Below the pieces are notes generated by a model, which was not told where the DNA came from, did not search any database, and was given only the letters and a program-made list of their open reading frames with translations. Below, one piece after another: positions 24,501 to 35,120 of a DNA stretch of 64,000 bases. Made by a program: the position numbers and the translations under genes. The stretch comes from Minutocellus sp. GHC0000111 (taxonomy: Eukaryota), in assembly GCA_977018835.1 (NCBI GenBank), contig OZ361256.1:4402001-4466000 (forward strand). Reading direction: 5' to 3'. Within the stretch, counting starts at the first letter, position 1; each line of letters starts with the position of its first letter.

Positions 24501-25464
24501 CGAGGATGGTGATGAAGTGAAATGTGTCCTCGCTAAAGATGGGGACCGGCTGGCAATGTTTGCCAAAGATCGTGATAACAAAACGGGTCGAGTATGGATC
24601 TTAGAGCTTCAGCGATCAGGGCGAGAATGGGTCGAAATCGGTAAAATTCTCGGCCGAGAGGAAGGTGAAAAGTTTGGCAATTGTGTCGCCCTAAGCACTG
24701 ATGGCGATATTGTTGCCATTGGTGCGCCGTTTGCCAATAAAAAACGCGGTCTTGTTCGAATCTATCAACAAACAGGTAGTTCATGGCAACAAATCGATGA
24801 CATCAAGGGAGAAACCAAGGATGGAATGTTTGGGTGGACCTGTGCCGTGAGCGAAGATGGAGAAACGCTGGCTGTAGGGCAAAAATCAGAAGACTCTGGG
24901 GACAATGAAGGGCGTTCGGGCCAGGTACGCGTGTTTCAATACAACAAAAATGATGAGCAGTATCAGCTTCTCGGCGATCCTATCCTTGGTAGATCGCCAG
25001 GGGACAACTTTGGGCGAGCCGTAGCTCTGTCAGCATCTGGCGCCATCCTCGGTGTCGGAAGTAGATTTGCCGACGGTTCAAGTGGAAAGGATAATGGTAG
25101 CGTGGGCGCATTCTCGTTCGAAAGTGGAGACTGGAGACCCAATCCAATCGACGGTAGCATCATCCTTGGGGAGAGTAGAAATGATCAAATGATGAACGTT
25201 GCCTTGGATTACTCTGGCTCAAGAGTAGCTGCCGGAGGTGGCTCGGCAGATGATGACACAGGCTATGTCAAAGTGTTTGATATAAGTGATGGCAAGTCTC
25301 TAAAGCAAGTCGGTGGGACACTAGCGGGTATGAAGAAAGGAAGAAAATTTGGTGCCAATTTCGATATCAGTTCGGATGGTACTCGGCTCATCGTTGGCGC
25401 CCCCGCCCGAGATCATGACGATGTGCGAGGATCAGTACAGTTGTTTGAGCTGTTTGATAGATAA
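21598..25464 (+). CDS. Single-pass membrane protein with Cys-rich module, PT/PS-rich stalk and FG-GAP-like beta-propeller; frameshift near 21840
   Basis: TM segment CFALLAVVLGLAAILGGVL, RRLQ motif, PTxxP repeats, and propeller repeats FGNCVALSTDGDIVAIGAP, FGWTCAVSEDG, FGRAVALSASG. Intron about 24032..24157. One extra A at 21838-21840 joins ORF 21598 to ORF 21858. Confidence 0.75.
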
Positions 25465-25591
25465 ATAAATTAGAGAGTGTAGTGACGCTTTCCTACTTCG
25501 CTTCAACAATCAATTCTCTTCAGTGATTGTTTCCAGACCCCATGCGTGACCTGGCGAGCCAGAATCTCTGGGTGATAATTGGCGTTGGAGG

Positions 25592-26815
25592 TTACATTCT
25601 TCTGGTGGTGTCTTGATCCAATTTGTAGAGCAGGTCGAGGCACCGCCCCCTTGGCTTTTCCACTTCTACTCTTCGATTTGTAACCAATTTCTTCCAATGC
25701 AGTGCCCCTGATTGTCTCTCGGACCTTTCTTTTCGCGTAATCTTGAATGTTTTCCCATCCTTGTCGGTATAGTCGACCACATCATCGAACGTGTCTCCAA
25801 GGTGTTTTCTCAAATACTCTCCGCCCTCCCTCCCAAGCTTCCGCACGGTTCGCTTACCAAATCTTTCCGAGGCGACATGTACCCCCAAGCCGAATATTTC
25901 TTCGTACTTTTCGCCATTCCCTTAGAGAAAAATTGCGTATCCAATCTTGCATGGGTCGGGGCCCGTGGTGAATACGGGCTTGAAATCCTCAATTGTTTCT
26001 ACAGCCAGTATCCTCTTCAGTATCTCAAACATTGAAAAATAAGTAATCGGGTGCTTTGGTTCCATCGACATGAACCATTGAGAGGGCCTGTTGAATGGAT
26101 CGCTGAAGAACATGGCCGAATCGTCTTGTTGTATAGGTTCGTCCTCGGTAAATGGTTGCAATGGCCAGTTGTCTATGTCACTGTACAACCCCCCATACCT
26201 GTAGAGCACAAGGATTCGCCAAATATCCACCATAACTGCCCCTTTGACCTGGATGCACCCGTCGTATATCTTGAGTAGATGAGGAAATTCCGGCCACGGA
26301 TCATCTCTCATGAGCCGCTCAATAGCGGCATCGTCATGAAAATAAATGTCGTGGTTTGGCAACGCCTTTTGCCACCGAAATACCGTGTCGGCCAGGTCTG
26401 GTGGCATGCATCGGCTGCGCATACTCAGATGCATTATGCGAGGTATCCGCTGCCGTGACTTTGTCTGGTCATTTCTTGCAGTCGTAGCATTTGCCGTGCC
26501 AGAAACTATTCGATCATGGACAGCAACTAGCGGCTCTGGACAGACAAGGTTTGGGTCGTCGGCAGTCAGCTCATGCAATGGAATTGGCAACCTCCTGTGG
26601 TTTGGGGACAGTCTTGAGTTATCACCACCAGCGTTTGCATTGGTACCTCGAGCAGCTTCCATGGCCGTGGCCGTCAGAGTCGTTTGAATTTCCTGCAGCA
26701 ACTGTCCCGCGTACCATGACGACACCAAAAGGCCGATAAAAAGTAGCAGGGTAGTTATTGCTACTTGTGAACAGGCTCGACCGGCAACGCCTGCCCGTGT
26801 CCCTTCATCAGCCAT
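25592..26815 (-). CDS. GT32 / DXD-motif glycosyltransferase; one in-frame stop
   Basis: N-terminal TM, IPRIMH, DIWRILVLYRYGGLYSDID, TTGP. The TAA at 25922-25924 is followed in frame by GNGEKYEEIFG, running into ORF 25592..25888. Confidence 0.82.
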
Positions 26816-27360
26816 GTCATGTGAATCGAAATCAAGTGTGATATTCACCGCTCTGATTGCTTGGTGCCGGTGGTCGCTTGCGGAGGCGTTGGTGTTTTGC
26901 TGGGTCGAAAGCTGGGCGAGGTATGTGAAGACGGCCAACCTATGGAAATAAGTAAGAATGTCGTTGCTGGTGGATTGCCGGCGCGCCCCCCAAGAGCAAT
27001 GATGCCAAGTCTCAGCCGCCGAGTGCGCGTGGGCACGGTATCGAGTCGAACTGTCCACCACCAATAAAATTGCTAGTAGTGGGCCAGAAACGACAAGGAT
27101 CAGCGAGCCTACTAGCTAGAGATGATGGCCGGCGAAGAAGTACAACTACGTAAAACATGAGCAGTCGCGAAAGGATCTCTCGATGCTTTCGCATCACTTG
27201 AAGGGTTCGCAGCGCAGGGAAACCCTGAACGAACGCAACGCAACGCTAGAACGGGCGTGCGGCGGGCGGTGGATGCACGAGCGAACCACACCCAACCATT
27301 TCGAGAGACATGCGACAAATATGATCAAGCAAATTGATTATTGTACTTCTGCTGACGATA

Positions 27361-28305
27361 ATGACCACTGAGAAGAAAAAGTCGGATGCCAGTGCTTTCG
27401 GCCGGATTTTGCCGGTCATGCCAGCAGCTGATAGTGGAGAACAAAATGAAGTGCGTCAGAGGGTTCTCCTCGATACGATACGAGTGTTTGAGGAAAACGG
27501 CGCAATCCAAAAATACCGCCGCATCGCCACCTCCAACCTGGAAGGCTGGCATCAGCAGTCACGTGTTGGTGACAGCAGCGGCATATGCAAAGTCATTGTT
27601 TCGTCCAGCGACTGGGGTGAAATGACATCTCAACTCACGAAAGAATACGGCACCATATTTGCCGTACTAAACATGGCCAGTGCCCATGTGCCCGGTGGAG
27701 GATATACAGAAGGCTGCCCAGCTCAGGAGGAGAACATGTTTCGGCGCACGGACTGTCACTTCTCCATCAGGCGTGATGATCGGCAGAATGTCGTTCCTTC
27801 CAATGATCCTTTCGATGCCGATCTGCTCTACAGCCCCCAAATGAGTCGACTTCTGCAAGGCAAAGATGGCGAGGTTTACCTTGATGTGGGCAATCCACGC
27901 GCATGTATCCGCGGTCCAGAGGAGAAGGATCGGGTTGATCTTGGCTACCATTTTCTCCCCGAGGATGAAATATTTCCCTTTTATGAGCTCCGTGCGGCGG
28001 CTATGGACCTGCGTGGTGGCAAACGCTTTAACGAAGATGAAATGCGCTGGCGCATTAGAGCCCAGCTGGATACCTTGGTTGAAGGGGGCGTTCGACATGC
28101 CGTCTTGTCGGCGTTTGGATGCGGAGCCTACCAGAATCCAAGTCGGGAGGTGGCTGCCATTTATCGCGAGGAGATGGAACTACGACAGCATTCCTTTGAT
28201 ATTGTGGCATTTGCAATCTTTGATGCCGGGTATGGGCCTGACAACTTTACTCCTTTTCAGAATGCATTTGATGGTTTTGGGGGCGGGCGCTATCAGCAGT
28301 ACTAG
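27361..28305 (+). CDS. Microbial-type poly(ADP-ribose) glycohydrolase (DUF2263/TIGR02452-like macrodomain)
   Basis: VLNMASAHVPGGGYTEGCPAQEENMFRRT (GGG-x6-QEE catalytic motif) and VLSAFGCGAYQNP. The true C-terminus may extend to 28453 via a frameshift in the G-run at 28279-28283. Confidence 0.85.
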   Translation: MTTEKKKSDASAFGRILPVMPAADSGEQNEVRQRVLLDTIRVFEENGAIQKYRRIATSNLEGWHQQSRVGDSSGICKVIVSSSDWGEMTSQLTKEYGTIFAVLNMASAHVPGGGYTEGCPAQEENMFRRTDCHFSIRRDDRQNVVPSNDPFDADLLYSPQMSRLLQGKDGEVYLDVGNPRACIRGPEEKDRVDLGYHFLPEDEIFPFYELRAAAMDLRGGKRFNEDEMRWRIRAQLDTLVEGGVRHAVLSAFGCGAYQNPSREVAAIYREEMELRQHSFDIVAFAIFDAGYGPDNFTPFQNAFDGFGGGRYQQY

Positions 28306-28880
28306 TACGTCCATTCAGGACGCTCAGACTGCTCAGTCGCGTGACTCTTCATCATCATCATCGCCACTCTTCCCATCAACGCCATCAACACCAGCAGCGA
28401 GAAAACGTTTGAAGAAGAATCTCGTTGTGGATGAAGCGTTCACTACCCCGTAAGTAGAATTACATATTTTGGAAATCGTAGTACTCGAGAGTGAAGCTGG
28501 GGCTTATAACGTAGTTTGAGCTCACGAGGTCCATGAAAGACGGCCGACTGACTTGACTTCGGGCGGCATTCCCCCTTACACCCACGTTTCTAGAAAGCCC
28601 CCAGGCGCCACCTGCACCTCATTTTTGTCTGCAGCAGCAGCGCGTGCTTGCTTGGTATCCCCATTGGCCATCCCAGACCAATAACAGCGACCACACTGGC
28701 AACCCATCAGAGTGTCATAGGGCGCCGCCTCTAGTTGCTTCCATTGCGCCCTCATCCCCGGTATCTTTGGATTTGGACGGCGTATCTTGATCCGGTAATT
28801 GTTGCTCGATCGTCCGCCGCCGAAAATACGACGTAGTAAAAAGCAGCACATAACGTGCCATCCATCATAACACCCTCAGC

Positions 28881-31800
28881 ATGTCCTCCTCGCAGGAACT
28901 GTCTTTGTGCGATCCCGTGACGGTCACCCCCTCCACCTCCACCGAACCCCTCCAGGGCATAGTCGCCCATCTGGGTCCGGTCCAATTCGCCTCCGATGAC
29001 GAGTACGTCGGCATCCGTCTGACCGGACCGAGCGTCGGCCAAGGTCAGAACGATGGCAGCGTCCAGGGCGTCCGGTACTTTGACTGCGGCGCTTCCACCA
29101 CTCAGCATGGTATGTGCGGGGTGTTTGTGAAGCGGCACGTGGTACAGAGGCGGGAGTTGAGCCGATTGGAGGAGTTGCGGTTGAAGAGGGAGCTGCGGAG
29201 TGCCGGGGGGACCGGCAGCGGCGGTGCGGCTTCGGCTGCAGCTGCTGGTTCGGCGAGTGGTGCCAAGAGTCCGAAACCGGTAGCTGCCGCCCGCTCTCCC
29301 CGTCCTTCTGCCTAAGTTGCGTCTACGTCCCCGTCGGCGGGTGCTGCTGGCGGTCGGTCGCGTCTGGACGAGATTCGGGCCAAGAGGGCGGCACTCCAAG
29401 CCAGCAAGGAGGCGCGGGTTGCCGGGAAGCAGGGTGGCGCTGGATCGTCGCCTGCCAAGGCCAAGGTGACTGCCGATACTAGGGCAGGGAAGGAGGCAGC
29501 CTCGGTATCGTCCTCGCCAGCGGCAAGAAAGAGGGCGACAGAAGCATCATCCTCGAAGGCTGCCTCGATATCGACATCAGCAACTACAGCTACCGCTGCC
29601 GCCACTCCACCACCCCCTTCCTCCTCTGCACCAACCGTTGACGAGTCGAAGTACCAATCCCAAATATCCGCCCTCCAAAGTCAGCTAACCCAACTGCAAA
29701 CGCAGCTGCGCGATGCGTCGGCCCAGAATTCGCAATTGGAAACCCAGTTCAACGCCCAGAAGAATGAGGTCGACGAGCTTCGGTCGGCGGTCGAGGAACG
29801 CGACGGGCGGATGAACGACGCGTTGGCAAAGGCACGGGCGTTGCAGGGGGAGGTGGAGACATTGCAGCGTGATCTGGTCGAGGCCCGGCAGCAGAGTGCC
29901 GGAGGCGATGGTGGTACTGGCACTGGTACCAATGCCAACGCCGCCCTGGAGGAGGCCCAGAAGGAGATCCGCATCCTCGAACTGCAGGTGGAGCACTCCC
30001 ACGCCGCCATCGAGTCGGCTACCAGCATAACCGACTCGCTCGAGCGGCAGGTCGAGGCCGAGCGCAAGTCCAAGGCCGAATTGGAGGGCCGGCTCGCCGA
30101 CATGACGAACCAGATGGACGATCTGAACGACGCCCTCGACGCCGAGAAGAGGGCCCGGCAGGACGATGCCGCCGCCGTCGAGGCCGAGCTGACCGAGGCA
30201 CGGTCGGAGGTGACGCAGATGCGGAGGGAGCTGGAGAAGTCCACGACGATTGCCTCCAACCGTGGCCAGTCGGAGCAGTCGCACCTCAAGGAACGGGCGC
30301 GGTTGGAGGGGGAGATCGGTACCCTCCGCCGGACCGTGGCCAAGCTGCAGCAGGAAAGGGAGGAGAGCGAGGGGGCACTGGAGGAGTTGGCCTTGGACAA
30401 GGATGCACTGGCGGAAGAGAAGGAGGCACTTCAGGACACATTGGAGGAGATGCGGATCGATGTCGAAACGCAGCAGGTGGAGCTGGAGGACGCTCGGATG
30501 GAATTGGAAGAGGCCCGGGTCCGCATCGAGGAGCTGGAGGTTGCCGCCGCCACCGGTGGTGTTGGAGGAGGTGGTGCCGGGGAGGGTGCCAATGCCTCCG
30601 AGCGAAGTGCCGAGGAGGATGAAACCTCTCGCACACTGGCAATTCAAAACAGCCGTCTGCGAGATGCCCTCATCAAGCTTCGAGACCAGTCCAATGCCGA
30701 AAAGCTGGAGCTCAACAAGGAACTTCGCACCGCACAAAAGGTATCCGAGAAGGTGGAAGAGATGACCAAGGAGGTCCAAGAGGCCAAGTCTGCCAAGGCA
30801 ACGCTGGAGAGTGAAGTAGAAGAGCTCAAGGAGATGGTCGATCAGAACTCCGCCTTTGAGAGCATGGTGGAGGAATTTTCCGACCGTGTGATGGCACTGG
30901 AAGATGACGTCGTCGGACTTTCGCAAACCGTCCGGGAAATGGAAGAAGCCGCGGAGCTTGCGGCTGAAATGGAGGAGGTTCAGACAGAAGAGCTCAAAGC
31001 GACGATGCTCGATTTGGAGGGGAGAGATACTGTCATTCGTAATCTCGAAGAGGCCATACGAATGTGAGTTTGTTTTTCATATGATGGATTTTCTACCACT
31101 GCTCTTATCGAAGCTCACCCCTACCATTTCTTTTCGTTTCCACCTCCTCCCACTACGCAGGCAACGCCGCCGAGAAGAAGACTTCCAACGAACTGTGTCC
31201 AACTACCGATCTTCGGTCGAGAAACTCCAGCAAGAGAAGACGGCTCTTCTTGCTCTGCAGGAGGGCGGAGAGGGTGAACGTTCGACGCTCATTGCCAAGT
31301 CCCAGAAGGCCCTTGCCAAGGCTGCGACCCTCGTTGCCGATGCCGCCAAGACCCGCAAGAGAGAGGCCGATGCCGCGTTTGATCGCATCGATGCTCAGTA
31401 TGGTCAGCATCTTTCGAACCGGCTTGAATTGTACCTGCCCCCCACCTCGGCGGTCTCAACAGAGTTTTCGGCCGCCAAGGGAGAGCTCCTGCTTTCCAGG
31501 GTCGCATCGAAGGCGTCAATGTCTCTTTCCGGCGTGGCAGCTGTCCTTTCCAACAGTATCAAGACGGGCGTCGAGGCTTCCTCTGAAATTCGAGGCAGCG
31601 CCCAATACGGCCCGCTTCAATTGTCCGACGAGGCTGTGCAGCAGATTGCAAATGCACTTCATGAAACGAAGTTTGCTCACTTAGCTATCGAAACGGCTTC
31701 GCAGTCCATGCGTATCCTTGCTGCTGGACAATGGCCTGATCTTCTTTCCAAGGAGGCATCGGCCGAATTGGGAGCGGCTGTTCTCCGATCAATACCCCCC

Positions 31801-32349
31801 GTCGACGGTGCCATAGGCGAGCAGCTTCGTATTCTCAAGGAAGAGGGAACGCTATCATCTCACAGGTCCAACCTTGTTCCCCTCGAAACGTCCATCGCTG
31901 ACGCCATCTTTACTCTTCAGTCCACAGCCGACGCCGAAAGTGGTGACGTGCTAATTCCATCGGATTGGTCACCGCCAGGCTGGGCTCTCCTTCAGAATGC
32001 GTCAAGCGCTCGCTTCGATTGTTTGGGCAGTGCTGCCGCGGTAGCTGCCGCTATTGCCTCATCCGAGGACGGATCGGTGACGTCCGAAGATACTTGCCGC
32101 AAGCTCTCGTCCCTACTTACCAAACTTGACCAGACCAGTACTGAGTCATATCAAGCGTGCACCGTCCTCACCGGGCTTCCTGTGGACAGCCAGATCGATG
32201 CTGAGTTGGTATCCTCTTCGACCGAATGGAAGGATGCAGCGGCGTCTCTTATCGAATCGATCAAGAGCTTGCTTTCGTCGCCGCAGGACGCCACCGAGGA
32301 GACCATAAAGGAATCCGAGTTCAAGGCTGACGCTGCCCTGGTCGCTTGA
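28881..32349 (+). CDS. DCTN1: Dynactin subunit 1 (p150Glued); in-frame stop, possibly C-terminally truncated
   Basis: CAP-Gly VGIRL...GQNDGSVQGVRYFDC, long coiled coil with LALDKDALAEEKE, QNSRLRDALIKLRD and FESMVEEFSDR. Intron 31064..31160. The TAA at 29313-29315 is in frame with ORF 29466. Confidence 0.88.
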
Positions 32350-32377
32350 CCAGTCTCCTCTCTCCGCCGGCATTTCG

Positions 32378-33079
32378 ATGCCCGAGCTCACTTGTGGCAA
32401 CGGTTGGCTGTACCTTTGGCTTGGATCTTCAGTCTTCTATTTCATTACTTTATATGCAAGCGAGGACTGGGCTCGAAAACGCAAGCCACAAGAGCCACTG
32501 CATGATCGAGCATTCGAGCTCATTCCTCGCCTAGAATGGATGGTGTATCTGACAGATGGCATACTGCTGGCCGGTTGCGGTCACCTTCTTCAACTCATCT
32601 ATTGGACAGGTGGATCCGCAGGCATCATCGCCAAGGAGGCCTGCGTCTACAGTGCCATTGGCAATTTCTTTTCGTCGTCCCTTCATTCCGTGACGCTATT
32701 ACCAAGCTCCAATCATGCCGATGGTCTGCCGATCTTTGGTGGCGACGCCGACAAGTTAATGAGCAATCATACCTTTCACTTTGGTCTTTATTTGCGCATA
32801 GGTGTCGCCCTTGGCGTCTTCCCTCTCTCGGCCATCGTGCCCTGCGTTCTTTTGTACTCTCTTTGTCTTGCAGCTACTCGAGCTCACTATGCCGTTGATA
32901 TCGTGCTTGCTTGGTGGGCCTTGCTCCTGGTGTTTGCTACAGCAGGCCAAGGCTATTTGCCCGAGGAAGGGGCATATTGTAGCGCGTATCACGAGTATTC
33001 CAATCTACCCTGGGCAAAGGACGAAAATATCACTGCAGGCGAAATGGAATGCAACAATGATGTGATTCAAATGCTTTGA
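32378..33079 (+). CDS. Sphingomyelin/IPC synthase-like (PAP2 superfamily) membrane protein
   Basis: PLHDRAFELIP, DKLMSNHT (cf. DxxFSGHT), and RAHYAVDIVLAWW (HYxxD catalytic motif). May lack its 5' end. Confidence 0.72.
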   Translation: MPELTCGNGWLYLWLGSSVFYFITLYASEDWARKRKPQEPLHDRAFELIPRLEWMVYLTDGILLAGCGHLLQLIYWTGGSAGIIAKEACVYSAIGNFFSSSLHSVTLLPSSNHADGLPIFGGDADKLMSNHTFHFGLYLRIGVALGVFPLSAIVPCVLLYSLCLAATRAHYAVDIVLAWWALLLVFATAGQGYLPEEGAYCSAYHEYSNLPWAKDENITAGEMECNNDVIQML

Positions 33080-33182
33080 CTTTCCATGTACCCTGTATTT
33101 TTATATTGCATAATAGAGCTAGCAAGCAAATATCTTATCTACATTCTATTCGCTATTCGCACTAGAAAGTAATGTGCAGGAC

Positions 33183-34802
33183 CTAAGCCCGGTTGTAGGT
33201 CAAATTACTATCTTCAAAAAGTGCATCCTCCGATGCCACTTGAATTGGCTTGCCTTGGCCACTATCAACGACAAATCTTTGAATAACCCCCTCATTTGTA
33301 AGAACGACAAGTTGATTGGAAGGCAAGAATACCAGTGATAACGGCTGAGAAACAATGATCGACTTGAGTCGTATCTTTGCAAACGACCGTTTGCCATCCC
33401 TTTGATCAGACACAGCCTCGGGAATAAGACGAGCAAGTTTTAATTTGTGAGCCGCTTTCTCTTTCGTAGTGCCTATTGAAGCGGTGGTATGAGGTCCATC
33501 TTCAAGGCGAAAGACGTGAATTGTTCCAGTGGAAGATGACGCCGCAACGAGGCTTGCATTTGAATTGAATGCGATAGAGTGCATTGCGCATGGACTCGAT
33601 CCACGTAGCAATACGTCAAGTTTGCCGAACTTGGATCCCAACCCAAATATTCTAATCACGGTTCCTTTTTCAGATGCCGTTGCGAGTTTTTGCTTCCCCT
33701 TAGGTCCACCAATTGCTATTCGAGATATGGAATGGTTGTGAGCATCAAACGGACCGATGGGAGCTAGCCGGATGCCCATCTGTTCCGTAATTCTGTAAAC
33801 GCGTACCCACCCCAGTCTCTTTCTGCACCTGCACACAACAAACAGCTCATCTTCGACATTTGATATTGCAAAGAAAGCCCCAGCGGTCGATGCATTGGGC
33901 CCCTCAATTCCTCGTGCAGGATCTGATGGATGGATAACCCCAATGCTCTTGATGAGTTGTAAAGTTGCTAAATTGAAAACATGCAATTGCCCATCCGCTG
34001 CCAGTACGCAAAAAATCTTGCGATTCATTTCCACTCGCTGGACTGACGCCACAAAGTGTAGGTCTCTCAATACTTCTCCCGTCCAGGCATTTACAAGGGA
34101 CAAGGTCCGTGGTGTTGCGGTATTCACTATGGCCAACAGAGACGTTCCGTATAACATCTGGCATAATGCAACACCAGCAGGAATATGGCATTGATGAACC
34201 ATGTTATCGTTGCATCCGCTCGGCGGCACTATTGTTCGTATCCGAAACCCCCTTTCGGTACCGATACAGACGCACGATACATCCTGATTAAATTATGTCG
34301 AGGAAACGATCGGTCTTGTTGTCTCTGTGCGGCTAGTTATCAACCTCCACGAATCCTTGTTGCTTTTGGCTCTCATTTGGCTGAGCTGCTTTGTTGGAAG
34401 TCGCTGTGGCAGCGGTCTCTGCATTTTGCTGTTGCATGCGCCGTCTTCATCACTGTTACAACTCTTTGCCGCATTGGGACCTGTGTGGTCGTGAGGCGCC
34501 GCTGCAGCAGCTGAGAATTTCCTACCCACCACGCTGCCATTTCCACATTGGTCAAGAGTAGAATGCGCCGATCGAAATAAAGCCGACGCCGACAAGTTCG
34601 CCACACTCTGGGCCAGCGACGATGATTCATCGTGGTCATCACCAACGGCGACCGAATTCTCATCATCTCGATGATGTTCGCTCACTGCACTTTGGCGTGG
34701 AGAATTTGATGGGAATCCATGTGTATGCGGCGAAGACGGCTCCTCAATGGATGTCGCCGAGCATGCCGACTTGAACGAGTCGTCATCGGAGAATTCTTCC
34801 AT
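33183..34802 (-). CDS. ATG18: ATG18/WIPI PROPPIN WD40 protein; one in-frame stop
   Basis: *FNQDVSCVCIGTERGFRI, MLYGTSLLAIV, DAHNHSI, LATASEKGTVIRIF, LLRGS, SSSTGTIHVF. The TAA at 34293-34295 is in frame between ORFs 34293..34802 and 33183..34229. Confidence 0.85.
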
Positions 34803-35120
34803 ATTTTATTGTGGGCATCGGTGGTTGTGCAAATGATACAACGCACAACGTAGGAATTCCTACTAGCTAGAAGATATGCAGCCATCGCCAAGGCGCAAAG
34901 TCAGGTGAGGAACAATCGATGGCTGAATGAAAACACCCAAAGAAACCCGGAGACTTCTTGCGGTCTTGCAACCTCTTGACTGCTTCGACCCCCTGGAGGC
35001 AGGCGGTGAATGTACCGGTACCGGTAGTAACTCAACTCTGACCTAAATGTATATCTACTGGCAGTTGCGTTAGCTGCATTGAAACTAGAGTAGCTCCATC
35101 AATAGATGCCACAGCTACCG

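Noticed and set aside
29681..30926. Long antisense ORFs opposite dynactin (similarly 53887..55032 opposite tepsin)
   Set aside because: Shadow frames of GC-rich, biased coding sequence with no recognisable motifs.
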